Positions 51,390 to 64,000 of a stretch of DNA of 64,000 bases are shown in pieces (the stretch's first letter is position 1; the number at the start of each line of letters is the position of its first letter). The DNA is from Thalia democratica (lineage: Eukaryota). The translations under genes and the position numbers were made by a program. The notes beneath the pieces were generated by a model, which was not told the DNA's origin, did no database searches, and saw only the letters and a list, made by a program, of their open reading frames with translations. The stretch spans positions 34,844,001 to 34,908,000 of the forward strand of contig OZ241826.1 of the NCBI GenBank assembly GCA_965202585.1, in the 5' to 3' direction.

Positions 51390-51820
51390 GAGTTAATCAT
51401 TGGTTAGTTAAAGGTCAGTTATTCATTAAGGTAATTTTTTTCATATTAGAGTTAGTTTATTAAAATTTTTTAAATACTTTTTGTGAAACACACTTAGTTT
51501 TTGATTAGAAAAATTTGAGTTAGTTTTTGGTTAGTTAAAGGTCAATTATTCATTTAAGTAATTTTTTTTATATTAGAGTTAGTTTATTACAATTCTTTAA
51601 ATAATTTTTGTGAAACACACTTAGTTTTTGACTTGAAAAATTTGAGTTAGTTTTTGGTTAGTTAAAGGTCAGTTATTTATTCAGATAAAGTTTTTCATGT
51701 AAGAGTTAGTTTATAAAAAGTTTTTAAATACTTTTTGTGAAACACATTTAGTTTTTGATTTGAAAGAACTGACTTAATGTTTTTGGTTAGTTAAAGGTCG
51801 GTTATTCATTAAGATAAAAT
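51390..51820. repeat. ~127-bp tandem repeat, about 3.3 copies
   Basis: TGGTTAGTTAAAGGTC recurs at 51401, 51528, 51655 and 51784. Confidence 0.9.
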
Positions 51821-53052
51821 TTTATTTTTTGAAGTTTTAGCTTATAATATTTACGGTTATAGTTAGTTTTAATTAAGTTCAGGTTAAATGTATAAAACTA
51901 AGTTCACAAGATAACTCAGGTCTCTGATTGTTTATATAATTTTGTTTTGGATCTAAAACATTGTTTGAACAACAGATTTCTGATTTGCCACAAGATCTTT
52001 TTTACAGGTGTAGGTGGTTAGAAGCCAATCACTTCCATTTATTTATTTTTATAACCATGATACTTCCATTAAGTAAACAAAAGGGAAATACTTCCAAAAA
52101 TATACTTCCAAAAGACAAAAGGAAATTACAGTTGAAGCCAGGGGGTTACATCCATGTAAGGTATGAACTAAAATCTTAAAACTTATGTTCTATATTTAAA
52201 GGGTATCTTCAAGAAGTACGCATCCGTGTTAGGTACGAACAAATAAAAAAAAGTGTTTATCCATTACATTCAAAGAGTATCTTTAAGAAGTACGAATCCG
52301 TGTAAGGTAAGGATAAGTTTAAGGGCATAGGGGGGTAAAACACTTTTTTCACAATGGTATCTTGTTTTGTTTAGTTTTAAATAAGCTAAAAGATGCAATT
52401 TACAGATTTTAAAAATTCAAAATAGCTTTTGAGATATAGCCGATAAAAGTCGGAGGCAACAATAGGTTCCTTATGGGAGGCACTACTATAACAGCAAATA
52501 AATAGAAATCACTAAAATTATATCTCCTAGCATTTTTGAGAATACTACCACAAATTTCTAGAATTATCTTGCGCCCGTATGCTTTCATTATCTCAAATTT
52601 TTAACTGTCACATTTGCCTACGAAATAAGTTTTTCTCTAAACAACATTAAACTTAGTAAATTTATAAACAAATCAAATACAATGAAGTAGAAATTAGTAG
52701 GATTAGTTTTACAATTTAAAAGATGTTGTGACACACCTAACATACAAATACTCAACTGGTCATGCAAAATTGCTTCAAAAGGCATAATCAGCACTTAAAA
52801 CTTATGCGAAGCTTTTAAAATATATCTAAAGGCAAAACTTAAAAGAATTTTTAAAGCAGCATTAAAAAGCAAAAAGAGCATTCAAATACAGATATTATTA
52901 AGATTATACTTTGTAGAAACGTATACCCTTTTAAAAGCAGCTTTAACTAAAAACGCAAAAATTATCGAGCTGCTTCAAAGCACTTTTACATAGAATTAAT
53001 TACGCCAGCATGCTTTCCATGCTCTACCAGAATTGAAAACAGCCGCGACAAC

Positions 53053-53211
53053 AATTTGTAATACGTTAGCTTTTTTTGTGAAGCATCAAGTTGTAAAATG
53101 CTAGCACAGATTTTGTGTAGTATTATGCTGTAAGCTGCTGGCACAAGTTTTGTGAAACATCAAGCTGTACTAGACTTGTTCAGCATTATGTATGTACAAG
53201 TATACTACAGC
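53053..53211 (+). repeat. Three degenerate 37-bp repeats plus hairpin (duplicated at 59016-59174)
   Basis: Units start at 53053, 53090 and 53127, followed by the hairpin at 53164-53211. Confidence 0.85.
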
Positions 53212-54862
53212 GACTTATTTTACTTTTAGGTGAAATTTCATCACCTTTTAAACTATTTCGCCAACATGGACTTTCCAACGCAGTTAATGTGATTTGCTTT
53301 TTACATTTTTATCGTCTATGTACTTATCAATGTGTGTGTATGCAATTGTTACGTTAGCAATCGAGAGAAGATTAAGTAGGTAATTCTTCTCTTATATTTG
53401 TAGCATTAGTTGAGTTTGTGAAGGGTAAATAATGCTATTTGTGATAATATTTAACAAAATTCATTTGTATATGTTTTAGGTGCTTTTTAATTTCCTAAAA
53501 TACATGCTTATAAATTTCAATTTGTTTTACTTTTAACAATTTTTAAGTATTTAGAATTAGAAAGAGATTAAAGTATTCAATAAAGTATCGTTTAACAATT
53601 TTACTAATAGCTTAATTAATTTTAGTATATTATCATTAGAGTTTAAAATAAATTAAGATAAATTTAGGACTGTTTCTAAAACTAGAGATTTAATACTGGT
53701 AACAGTATTTTTTTAATGAATAGTTTTACTGCATAATTGAATTGTTAAATTAGTTTAAAATGTTAAGTATTTCTTTAAAGAAAAATAAATTAAATTCTTT
53801 AAAACTGTAACATAAGTATAATAAAGCTAATATATTTTTACTAACTTCAGTATTTAAATGATTTTTTTTTATAAAATATTCTAAATAAAGCAATTTTAAA
53901 ATTTTTATTTTTTCAAATGTCATGCAAAAACTGGACGCATTTAAGACTTGGCTATTGCACTGATTTAAGTCGATATTATTTGCTTAAATTTTTTTATTTA
54001 AACTAGTTGCTAACAATAGTTATTTAAAATTGTTACCTTGAATATAACTTACATGTTTTTGCTCATTAAAACCATTTTAAATGAGACGATTTTCAATTTT
54101 TTTAAAACTTTTAATTAAAACAAACTTACATACTTGTTTTTTTGTTTACTTTGTTTTCACGTTAAATTTTTAAAGGTTTTTGTACTTATATTATTATTTA
54201 GCTAAATAATTTAGAATTGAAAAGTAAAGTTTAATTTTTTACCTTGTATATCAGCTTAGACACGTTTAAACCTGAACAGCTAATATGTAAACTGAACAGT
54301 GAAATTAGTCGAAAACATGCTTAATTTTTCTCAAAATTTTATAGATATAAGAAATTGAATTAAACGACTTTTTAAGTTTCCTTCAAACAGTTTAAGGAGA
54401 GTTTTGAAACTATTGAGATGCTTGCTTCATTAAAATGTTGGATTCATGAATTAAATATTAAACTGTTACATATTTAAAGGTTAATTAGTTAAGTCGTATT
54501 TTCTTAGCATTCACTATTTTGAGATTTAAAATATCTACAGTAGACATATTATGAAACAAGTACTAGAACATAAAACTAAGTGTTTACTTCAAATTTTAAT
54601 CTTATCTAAAAAGTTAATGTTGAATTTATGATTTTGTAGGTTGCATGTAAAACTTAATCAAGTATATGTACATAGAGTAAATGATATTGTTTACATTTTA
54701 AGTTGATAAACTTTAGCTTAACTTTAGATTTTCAGTGTAATTTTACTATTTCTTAACTATCTAAAAATTAAGAAAAAAATTACTATCTAGCATATTAGGT
54801 TGTCTAAATGAAGTTTATCCTAAAATCTTTAAATTGATACAGTTGTTGTACCAAAATTGAAA

Positions 54863-55060
54863 ATGCATATTAAAAAAGCTTGGGTAGATGAAGTATACCA
54901 GAGATTTGTTTTGTAAATTATGAAGGCGAAACAGGTGTTGATTTTCAACGAATTAACAACAGAGTAAAAAGAGCTCACAGTGTAATTAAAAGAAGGTTGG
55001 AAGGACAGTGTCCCATAAATGATGAAGGTAAATTGCAGTGTAGGAGGAATGAAGAGGGTA
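54863..55060 (+). pseudogene. Frameshifted paralog of the first coding exon of the DCP2-like gene
   Basis: MHIKKAWVDEVYQRF, then a 1-nt insertion, then FVNYEGETGVDFQRINNRVKRAHSVIKRRLEGQCPINDEGKLQ running into the array. The ~1.9 kb upstream is colinear with 42982-44937. Confidence 0.85.
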
Positions 55061-58000
55061 AATTGCAGTGTAGAAGGAATGAGGAGGGTAAATTGCAGTG
55101 TAGTAGGAATGTGGAGGGTAAATTGCAGTGTAGTATGAAGGAAGAGGGTAAATTGCAGTGTAGTAGGAATGAGGAAGGTAAATTGCAGTGAAGTAGGAAT
55201 GAAGAGGGTAAATTGCAGTGTAGTAGGAATGAAGAGGGTAATTTGCAGTATAGTCAGAATGAGGAGGGTAAATTGCAGTGTAGTAGGAATGAGGAGGGTA
55301 AGTTGCAGTGTAGTCGGAATGAGGAGGGTAAATTGCAGTATAGTCGGAATGTGGAGGGTAAATTGCAGTGTAGTAGGAATGAAGAGGCGAAATTGCAGTG
55401 TAGAAGGAATGAGGATGGTAAATTGCAGTGTAGTATAATTGAATAGGGTAATTTGCAGTTAAGTAGGAATTAGGAAGATAAATTGCGGTGAAGTAGGAAT
55501 GAGAAAGGTAAATTGCAGTGAAGTAGGAATGAGGAGGGTAAACTGCAGTGTAGTAGGAATAAGGAGGGTAAATTGCAGTGTAGTAGAAATGAGGAGGGTA
55601 AATTGCAGTGTAGTAGGAATGAGGAGGGTAAATTGCAGTGTAGAAGGAATGAGGAGGGTAAATTGCAGTGTAGTAGGAATGAAGAGGGTAAATTGCAGTG
55701 AAGTAGGTATGAAGAGGGTAAATTGCAGTGTAGTAGGAATAAGGAGGGTAATTGCAGTGTTGTAGGAATGAAGAGGCGAAATTGCAGTGTATAAGGAATG
55801 AGGAAGGTAAATGCAGTGTAGTAGGAATGAGGAGGGTAAATTGCAGTGAAGTAGGAATAAGGAGGGTAAATTGCATTGTAGTAGGAATTAGGAGGGTAAA
55901 TTAAAGTGTAGTAGGAAAGAAGAGGGTAAATTGCAGTGTAGAAGGAATGAGGAGGGTAAATTGCATTGTAGTCTGAATGTGGAGGGTAAATTGCAGTGTA
56001 GTAGGCATGAGGAGGGTAAATTGCAGTGAAGAAGAAATGAGGAAGATAAATTGCAGTGAAGTAGGAATAAGGATGGTAAATTGCAGTGTAGTAGGCATAA
56101 GGAGGGTAAATTGCAGTGTAGAAGAAATGAGGAAGGTAAATGCAGTGTAGTAGGAATGAGGAGGGTAAGTTGCAGTGTAGAAGGAATGAGGAGGGTAAAT
56201 TGCAGTATAGTCGGAATGTGGTGGGTAAATTGCAGTGTAGTAGGCATGAGGAGGGTAAATTGCAACGAAGAAGAAATGAGGAAGGTAAATTGAAGTGAAG
56301 TAGGAATGAGGAGGGTAAACTGCAGTGTAGTAGGCATAAGGAGGGTAAATTGCAGTGTAGAAGAAATGAGGAGGGTTAATTGCAGTGTAGTAGGAATGAG
56401 GAGGGTAAATTGCAGTATAGTCGGAATGAGGAGGGTAAGTTGCAGTATAGTAGGAATGAAGAGGCGAAATTGCAGTGTAGAAGGAATGAGGATGGTAAAT
56501 TGCAGTGTAGTATAAATGAATAGGGTAATTTGCAGTTAAGTAGGAATTAGGAAGATAAATTGCAGTGAAGTAGGAATGAGGAAGGTAAATTGCAGTGAAG
56601 TAGGAATGAGGAAGGTAAACTGCAGTGTAGTAGGAATAAGGAGGGTAAATTGCAGTGTAGAAGAAATGAGGAGGGTAAATTGCAGTGTAGTAGGAATGAG
56701 GAGAGTAAATTGCAGTGTAGAAGGAATGAGGAGAGTAAATTGCAGTGTAATAGGAATGAAGAGGGTAAATTGCAGTGTTGTAGGAATGAAGAGGCGAAAT
56801 TGCAGTGTAGAAGGAATGAGGAGGGTAAATTGCAGTGTAGTAGGAAAGAAAAGGGTAATTTGCAGATAGGTAGGAATTAGGAAGATAAATTACAGTGAAG
56901 TAGGAATAAGGAAGGTAAATTGCAGTGAAGTAGGAATAAGGAGGGTAAACTACATTGTAGTAGGAATAAGGAGGGTAAATTAAAGTGTAGTAGGAATGAA
57001 GAGGGTAAATTGCAGTGTAGAAGGAATGAGGAGGGTAAATTGCATTGTAGTCGGAATGTGGAGGGTAAATTGCAGTGTAGTAGGCATGAGGAGGGTAAAT
57101 TGCAGTGAAGAAGAAATGAGGAAGGTAAATTGCAGTGAAGTAGGAATAAGGATGGTAAATTGCAGTGTAGTAGGCATAAGGAGGGTAAATTGCAGTGTAG
57201 AAGAAATGAGGAAGGTAAATTGCAGTGTAGTAGGAATGAGGAGGGTAAGTTGCAGTGTAGAAGCAATGAGGAGGGTAAATTGCAGTATAGTCGGAATGGG
57301 AAGGGTAAATTGCAGTGTAGTAGGCATGAGGAGGGTAAATTGCAGTGAAGAAGAAATATGGAAGGTAAATTGCAGTGAAGTAGGAATGAGGAGGGTAAAT
57401 TGCAGTGTAGTAGGAATGAGAAGGGTAAATTGCAGTAGTAGGCATGAGGAGGGTAAAATGCAGTGAAGAAGAAATGAGGAAGGTAAATTGCAGTGAAGTA
57501 GTAATGAGGAGGGTAAACTGCAGTGTAGTAGGCATAAGGAGGGTAAATTGCAGTGTAGTAGGAATGAGGAGGGTAAATTGCAGTGAAGTAGGAATGAACA
57601 GGCGAAATTGCAGTGTAGTAGGAATGAGGAGGGTAAATTGCAGTGTAGAAGGAATGAGGAGGGTAAATTGCAGTGTAGTAGGAATGAGGAGGGTAAATTG
57701 CAGTGTAGTAGGCATGAGGAGGTTAAATTGCAGTGTAGTAGGAATGAGAAAGGTAAATTGCAGTGTAGTAGGAATGAGGAGGGTAAATTGCAGTGTAGTA
57801 GGAATGAGGAGGGTAAATTGCAGTGTAGTAGGCATGAGGAGGGTAAATTGCAGTGTAGTAGGAATGAGGAGGGTAAATTGCAGTGTAGTAGGAATGAGGA
57901 GGGTAAATTGTAGTGTAGTAGGCATGAGGAGGGTAAATTACAGTGTAGTAGGCATGAGGAGGGTAAATTATAGTGTAGTAGGAATGAGGAGGGTAAATTG

Positions 58001-58139
58001 CAGTGTAGTAGGAATGAGGAAGATAAATTGCAGTGTAGTAGGCATGAGGAGGGTAAATTACAGTGTAGTAGGAATGAGGAGGGTAAATTGCAGTGTAGTA
58101 GGAATGAGGAGGGTAAATTGTAGTGAAGTAGGAATGAGG
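55017..58139. repeat. 30-bp minisatellite, ~100 copies (AATGAGGAGGGTAAATTGCAGTGTAGTAGG)
   Basis: Direct inspection. It translates as NEEGKLQCSR but is interrupted by stops and frameshifts. Confidence 0.98.
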
Positions 58140-60825
58140 AAAACTTATGTTCTATATTTAAAGGGTATCTTCAAGAAGTACGCATCCGTGTTAGGTACGA
58201 ACAAATAAAAAAAAGTGTTTATCCATTACATTCAAAGAGTATCTTTAAGAAGTACGAATCCGTGTAAGGTAAGGATAAGTTTAAGGGCATAGGGGGGTAA
58301 AACACTTTTTTCACAATGGTATCTTGTTTTGTTTAGTTTTAAATAAGCTAAAAGATGCAATTTACAGATTTTAAAAATTCAAAATAGCTTTTGAGATATA
58401 GCCGATAAAAGTCGGAGGCAACAATAGGTTCCTTATGGGAGGCACTACTATAACAGCAAATAAATAGAAATCACTAAAATTATATCTCCTAGCATTTTTG
58501 AGAATACTACCACAAATTTCTAGAATTATCTTGCGCCCGTATGCTTTCATTATCTCAAATTTTTAACTGTCACATTTGCCTACGAAATAAGTTTTTCTCT
58601 AAACAACATTAAACTTAGTAAATTTATAAACAAATCAAATACAATGGAAGTAGAAATTAGTAGGATTAGTTTTACAATTTAAAAGATGTTGTGACACACC
58701 TAACATACAAATACTCAACTGGTCATGCAAAATTGCTTCAAAAGGCATAATCAGCACTTAAAACTTATGCGAAGCTTTTAAAATATATCTAAAGGCAAAA
58801 CTTAAAAGAATTTTTAAAGCAGCATTAAAAAGCAAAAAGAGCATTCAAATACAGATATTATTAAGATTATACTTTGTAGAAACGTATACCCTTTTAAAAG
58901 CAGCTTTAACTAAAAACGCAAAAATTTTCGAGCTGCTTCAAAGCACTTTTACATAGAATTAATTACGCCAGCATGCTTTCCATGCTCTACCAGAATTGAA
59001 AACAGCCGCGACAACAATTTGTAATACGTTAGCTTTTTTTGTGAAGCATCAAGTTGTAAAATGCTAGCACAGATTTTGTGTAGTATTATGCTGTAAGCTG
59101 CTGGCACAAGTTTTGTGAAACATCAAGCTGTACTAGACTTGTTCAGCATTATGTATGTACAAGTATACTACAGCGACTTATTTTACTTTTAGGTGAAATT
59201 TCATCACCTTTTAAACTATTTCGCCAACATGGACTTTCCAACGCAGTTAATGTGATTTGCTTTTTACATTTTTATCGTCTATGTACTTATCAATGTGTGT
59301 GTATGCAATTGTTACGTTAGCAATCGAGAGAAGATTAAGTAGGTAATTCTTCTCTTATATTTGTAGCATTAGTTGAGTTTGTGAAGGGTAAATAATGCTA
59401 TTTGTGATAATATTTAACAAAATTCATTTGTATATGTTTTAGGTGCTTTTTAATTTCCTAAAATACATGCTTATAAATTTCAATTTGTTTTACTTTTAAC
59501 AATTTTTAAGTATTTAGAATTAGAAAGAGATTAAAGTATTCAATAAAGTATCGTTTAACAATTTTACTAATAGCTTAATTAATTTTAGTATATTATCATT
59601 AGAGTTTAAAATAAATTAAGATAAATTTAGGACTGTTTCTAAAACTAGAGATTTAATACTGGTAACAGTATTTTTTTAATGAATAGTTTTACTGCATAAT
59701 TGAATTGTTAAATTAGTTTAAAATGTTAAGTATTTCTTTAAAGAAAAATAAATTAAATTCTTTAAAACTGTAACATAAGTATAATAAAGCTAATATATTT
59801 TTACTAACTTCAGTATTTAAATGATTTTTTTTTATAAAATATTCTAAATAAAGCAATTTTAAAATTTTTATTTTTTCAAATGTCATGCAAAAACTGGACG
59901 CATTTAAGACTTGGCTATTGCACTGATTTAAGTCGATATTATTTGCTTAAATTTTTTTATTTAAACTAGTTGCTAACAATAGTTATTTAAAATTGTTACC
60001 TTGAATATAACTTACATGTTTTTGCTCATTAAAACCATTTTAAATGAGACGATTTTCAATTTTTTTAAAACTTTTAATTAAAACAAACTTACATACTTGT
60101 TTTTTTGTTTACTTTGTTTTCACGTTAAATTTTTAAAGGTTTTTGTACTTATATTATTATTTAGCTAAATAATTTAGAATTGAAAAGTAAAGTTTAATTT
60201 TTTACCTTGTATATCAGCTTAGACACGTTTAAACCTGAACAGCTAATATGTAAACTGAACAGTGAAATTAGTCGAAAACATGCTTAATTTTTCTCAAAAT
60301 TTTATAGATATAAGAAATTGAATTAAACGACTTTTTAAGTTTCCTTCAAACAGTTTAAGGAGAGTTTTGAAACTATTGAGATGCTTGCTTCATTAAAATG
60401 TTGGATTCATGAATTAAATATTAAACTGTTACATATTTAAAGGTTAATTAGTTAAGTCGTATTTTCTTAGCATTCACTATTTTGAGATTTAAAATATCTA
60501 CAGTAGACATATTATGAAACAAGTACTAGAACATAAAACTAAGTGTTTACTTCAAATTTTAATCTTATCTAAAAAGTTAATGTTGAATTTATGATTTTGT
60601 AGGTTGCATGTAAAACTTAATCAAGTATATGTACATAGAGTAAATGATATTGTTTACATTTTAAGTTGATAAACTTTAGCTTAACTTTAGATTTTCAGTG
60701 TAATTTTACTATTTCTTAACTATCTAAAAATTAAGAAAAAAATTACTATCTAGCATATTAGGTTGTCTAAATGAAGTTTATCCTAAAATCTTTAAATTGA
60801 TACAGTTGTTGTACCAAAATTGAAA

Positions 60826-61023
60826 ATGCATATTAAAAAAGCTTGGGTAGATGAAGTATACCAGAGATTTGTTTTGTAAATTATGAAGGCGAAACAGGTG
60901 TTGATTTTCAACGAATTAACAACAGAGTAAAAAGAGCTCACAGTGTAATTAAAAGAAGGTTGGAAGGACAGTGTCCCATAAATGATGAAGGTAAATTGCA
61001 GTGTAGGAGGAATGAAGAGGGTA
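60826..61023 (+). pseudogene. Second copy of the frameshifted DCP2-like paralog
   Basis: Matches 54863-55060, including the frameshift. Confidence 0.85.
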
Positions 61024-64000
61024 AATTGCAGTGTAGAAGGAATGAGGAGGGTAAATTGCAGTGTAGTAGGAATGTGGAGGGTAAATTGCAGTGTAGTATG
61101 AAGGAAGAGGGTAAATTGCAGTGTAGTAGGAATGAGGAAGGTAAATTGCAGTGAAGTAGGAATGAAGAGGGTAAATTGCAGTGTAGTAGGAATGAAGAGG
61201 GTAATTTGCAGTATAGTCAGAATGAGGAGGGTAAATTGCAGTGTAGTAGGAATGAGGAGGGTAAGTTGCAGTGTAGTCGGAATGAGGAGGGTAAATTGCA
61301 GTATAGTCGGAATGTGGAGGGTAAATTGCAGTGTAGTAGGAATGAAGAGGCGAAATTGCAGTGTAGAAGGAATGAGGATGGTAAATTGCAGTGTAGTATA
61401 ATTGAATAGGGTAATTTGCAGTTAAGTAGGAATTAGGAAGATAAATTGCGGTGAAGTAGGAATGAGAAAGGTAAATTGCAGTGAAGTAGGAATGAGGAGG
61501 GTAAACTGCAGTGTAGTAGGAATAAGGAGGGTAAATTGCAGTGTAGTAGAAATGAGGAGGGTAAATTGCAGTGTAGTAGGAATGAGGAGGGTAAATTGCA
61601 GTGTAGAAGGAATGAGGAGGGTAAATTGCAGTGTAGTAGGAATGAAGAGGGTAAATTGCAGTGAAGTAGGTATGAAGAGGGTAAATTGCAGTGTAGTAGG
61701 AATAAGGAGGGTAATTGCAGTGTTGTAGGAATGAAGAGGCGAAATTGCAGTGTATAAGGAATGAGGAAGGTAAATGCAGTGTAGTAGGAATGAGGAGGGT
61801 AAATTGCAGTGAAGTAGGAATAAGGAGGGTAAATTGCATTGTAGTAGGAATTAGGAGGGTAAATTAAAGTGTAGTAGGAAAGAAGAGGGTAAATTGCAGT
61901 GTAGAAGGAATGAGGAGGGTAAATTGCATTGTAGTCTGAATGTGGAGGGTAAATTGCAGTGTAGTAGGCATGAGGAGGGTAAATTGCAGTGAAGAAGAAA
62001 TGAGGAAGGTAAATTGCAGTGAAGTAGGAATAAGGATGGTAAATTGCAGTGTAGTAGGCATAAGGAGGGTAAATTGCAGTGTAGAAGAAATGAGGAAGGT
62101 AAATGCAGTGTAGTAGGAATGAGGAGGGTAAGTTGCAGTGTAGAAGGAATGAGGAGGGTAAATTGCAGTATAGTCGGAATGTGGTGGGTAAATTGCAGTG
62201 TAGTAGGCATGAGGAGGGTAAATTGCAACGAAGAAGAAATGAGGAAGGTAAATTGAAGTGAAGTAGGAATGAGGAGGGTAAACTGCAGTGTAGTAGGCAT
62301 AAGGAGGGTAAATTGCAGTGTAGAAGAAATGAGGAGGGTTAATTGCAGTGTAGTAGGAATGAGGAGGGTAAATTGCAGTATAGTCGGAATGAGGAGGGTA
62401 AGTTGCAGTATAGTAGGAATGAAGAGGCGAAATTGCAGTGTAGAAGGAATGAGGATGGTAAATTGCAGTGTAGTATAAATGAATAGGGTAATTTGCAGTT
62501 AAGTAGGAATTAGGAAGATAAATTGCAGTGAAGTAGGAATGAGGAAGGTAAATTGCAGTGAAGTAGGAATGAGGAAGGTAAACTGCAGTGTAGTAGGAAT
62601 AAGGAGGGTAAATTGCAGTGTAGAAGAAATGAGGAGGGTAAATTGCAGTGTAGTAGGAATGAGGAGAGTAAATTGCAGTGTAGAAGGAATGAGGAGAGTA
62701 AATTGCAGTGTAATAGGAATGAAGAGGGTAAATTGCAGTGTTGTAGGAATGAAGAGGCGAAATTGCAGTGTAGAAGGAATGAGGAGGGTAAATTGCAGTG
62801 TAGTAGGAAAGAAAAGGGTAATTTGCAGATAGGTAGGAATTAGGAAGATAAATTGCAGTGAAGTAGGAATAAGGAAGGTAAATTGCAGTGAAGTAGGAAT
62901 AAGGAGGGTAAACTACATTGTAGTAGGAATAAGGAGGGTAAATTAAAGTGTAGTAGGAATGAAGAGGGTAAATTGCAGTGTAGAAGGAATGAGGAGGGTA
63001 AATTGCATTGTAGTCGGAATGTGGAGGGTAAATTGCAGTGTAGTAGGCATGAGGAGGGTAAATTGCAGTGAAGAAGAAATGAGGAAGGTAAATTGCAGTG
63101 AAGTAGGAATAAGGATGGTAAATTGCAGTGTAGTAGGCATAAGGAGGGTAAATTGCAGTGTAGAAGAAATGAGGAAGGTAAATTGCAGTGTAGTAGGAAT
63201 GAGGAGGGTAAGTTGCAGTGTAGAAGCAATGAGGAGGGTAAATTGCAGTATAGTCGGAATGTGAAGGGTAAATTGCAGTGTAGTAGGCATGAGGAGGGTA
63301 AATTGCAGTGAAGAAGAAATATGGAAGGTAAATTGCAGTGAAGTAGGAATGAGGAGGGTAAATTGCAGTGTAGTAGGAATGAGAAGGGTAAATTGCAGTA
63401 GTAGGCATGAGGAGGGTAAAATGCAGTGAAGAAGAAATGAGGAAGGTAAATTGCAGTGAAGTAGTAATGAGGAGGGTAAACTGCAGTGTAGTAGGCATAA
63501 GGAGGGTAAATTGCAGTGTAGTAGGAATGAGGAGGGTAAATTGCAGTGAAGTAGGAATGAACAGGCGAAATTGCAGTGTAGTAGGAATGAGGAGGGTAAA
63601 TTGCAGTGTAGAAGGAATGAGGAGGGTAAATTGCAGTGTAGTAGGAATGAGGAGGGTAAGTTGCAGTTTAGAAGGAATGTGGAGGGTAAATTGCAGTGTA
63701 GAAGGAATGAGGAGGGTAAACTACAGTGTAATAAGAATGAAGAGGGTAAATTGCAGTGTTGTAGGAATGAAGAGGCGAAATTGCAGTGTAGAAGGAATGA
63801 GGAGGGTAAATTGCAGTGTAGTAGGAAAGAAAAGGGTAATTTGCAGATAGGTAGGAATTAGGAAGATAAATTGCAGTGAAGTAGGAATAAGGAAGGTAAA
63901 TTGCAGTGAAGTAGGAATAAGGAGGGTAAATTACATTGTAGTAGGAAAAAGGAGGGTAAATTAAAGTGTAGTAGGAATGAAGAGGGTAAATTGCAGTGTA
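60980..64000. repeat. 30-bp minisatellite, second array (runs off the window)
   Basis: Matches the first array up to about 63620, then differs in variant order. Confidence 0.98.

Larger units (their letters stand above)
52178..64000 (+). repeat. Near-identical 5.96-kb tandem duplication (copy 1 52178-58139; copy 2 58140 to the window end)
   Basis: AAAACTTATGTTCTATATTTAAAGGG occurs at 52178 and 58140, and the ORF track repeats at an offset of 5963. Confidence 0.97.

Noticed and set aside
35000-53200. Endogenous large DNA virus (short ORFs, Nudix genes, hr-like repeats)
   Set aside because: The short ORFs resolve into exons of spliced genes, and I recognised no viral hallmark gene (capsid, packaging ATPase, polymerase).
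54986-63861. Long ORFs (674, 544 and 296 aa and others) in the 30-bp arrays
   Set aside because: They are by-products of a stop-poor repeat strand, overlap in several frames, and lie antisense to the gene from which the repeat derives.

Overview
Very AT-rich eukaryotic genomic DNA with spliceosomal introns. The transposon content (Buster-type hAT, Penelope-like) suggests an invertebrate animal, possibly a hydrozoan such as Hydra (inference). 1-8.8 kb: a large inverted duplication (arms of at least 3.5 kb, ~0.7 kb spacer) containing a 3.2-kb non-autonomous hAT element. ~10.1-10.36 kb: a GC-rich structured island on the minus strand carrying CUAACCCU, a candidate telomerase RNA. 13-28 kb: MITEs, a tRNA-derived SINE-like head, a decayed Buster transposon, a decayed Penelope-like retroelement with its hammerhead ribozyme, a RING-finger relic and a 166-bp palindrome. 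29.1-34.7 kb: a ~12-exon coiled-coil gene rebuilt by hand from phase-compatible exons. 44.9-47.5 kb: four ORF fragments splice into one ~498-aa Dcp2-derived protein with an apparent BoxA-BoxA-Nudix-Nudix architecture and no intact catalytic motif. It is preceded by a palindromic 37-bp VNTR plus hairpin and flanked by two copies of a rod-like element, one with a hammerhead core. 52.2-64 kb: a near-identical 5.96-kb tandem duplication of a pseudogenised paralog of that gene's 5' part, in which a 30-nt stretch present about twice in the intact gene has expanded to ~100 copies. All gene models, alignments and folds were done by eye and need computational confirmation.
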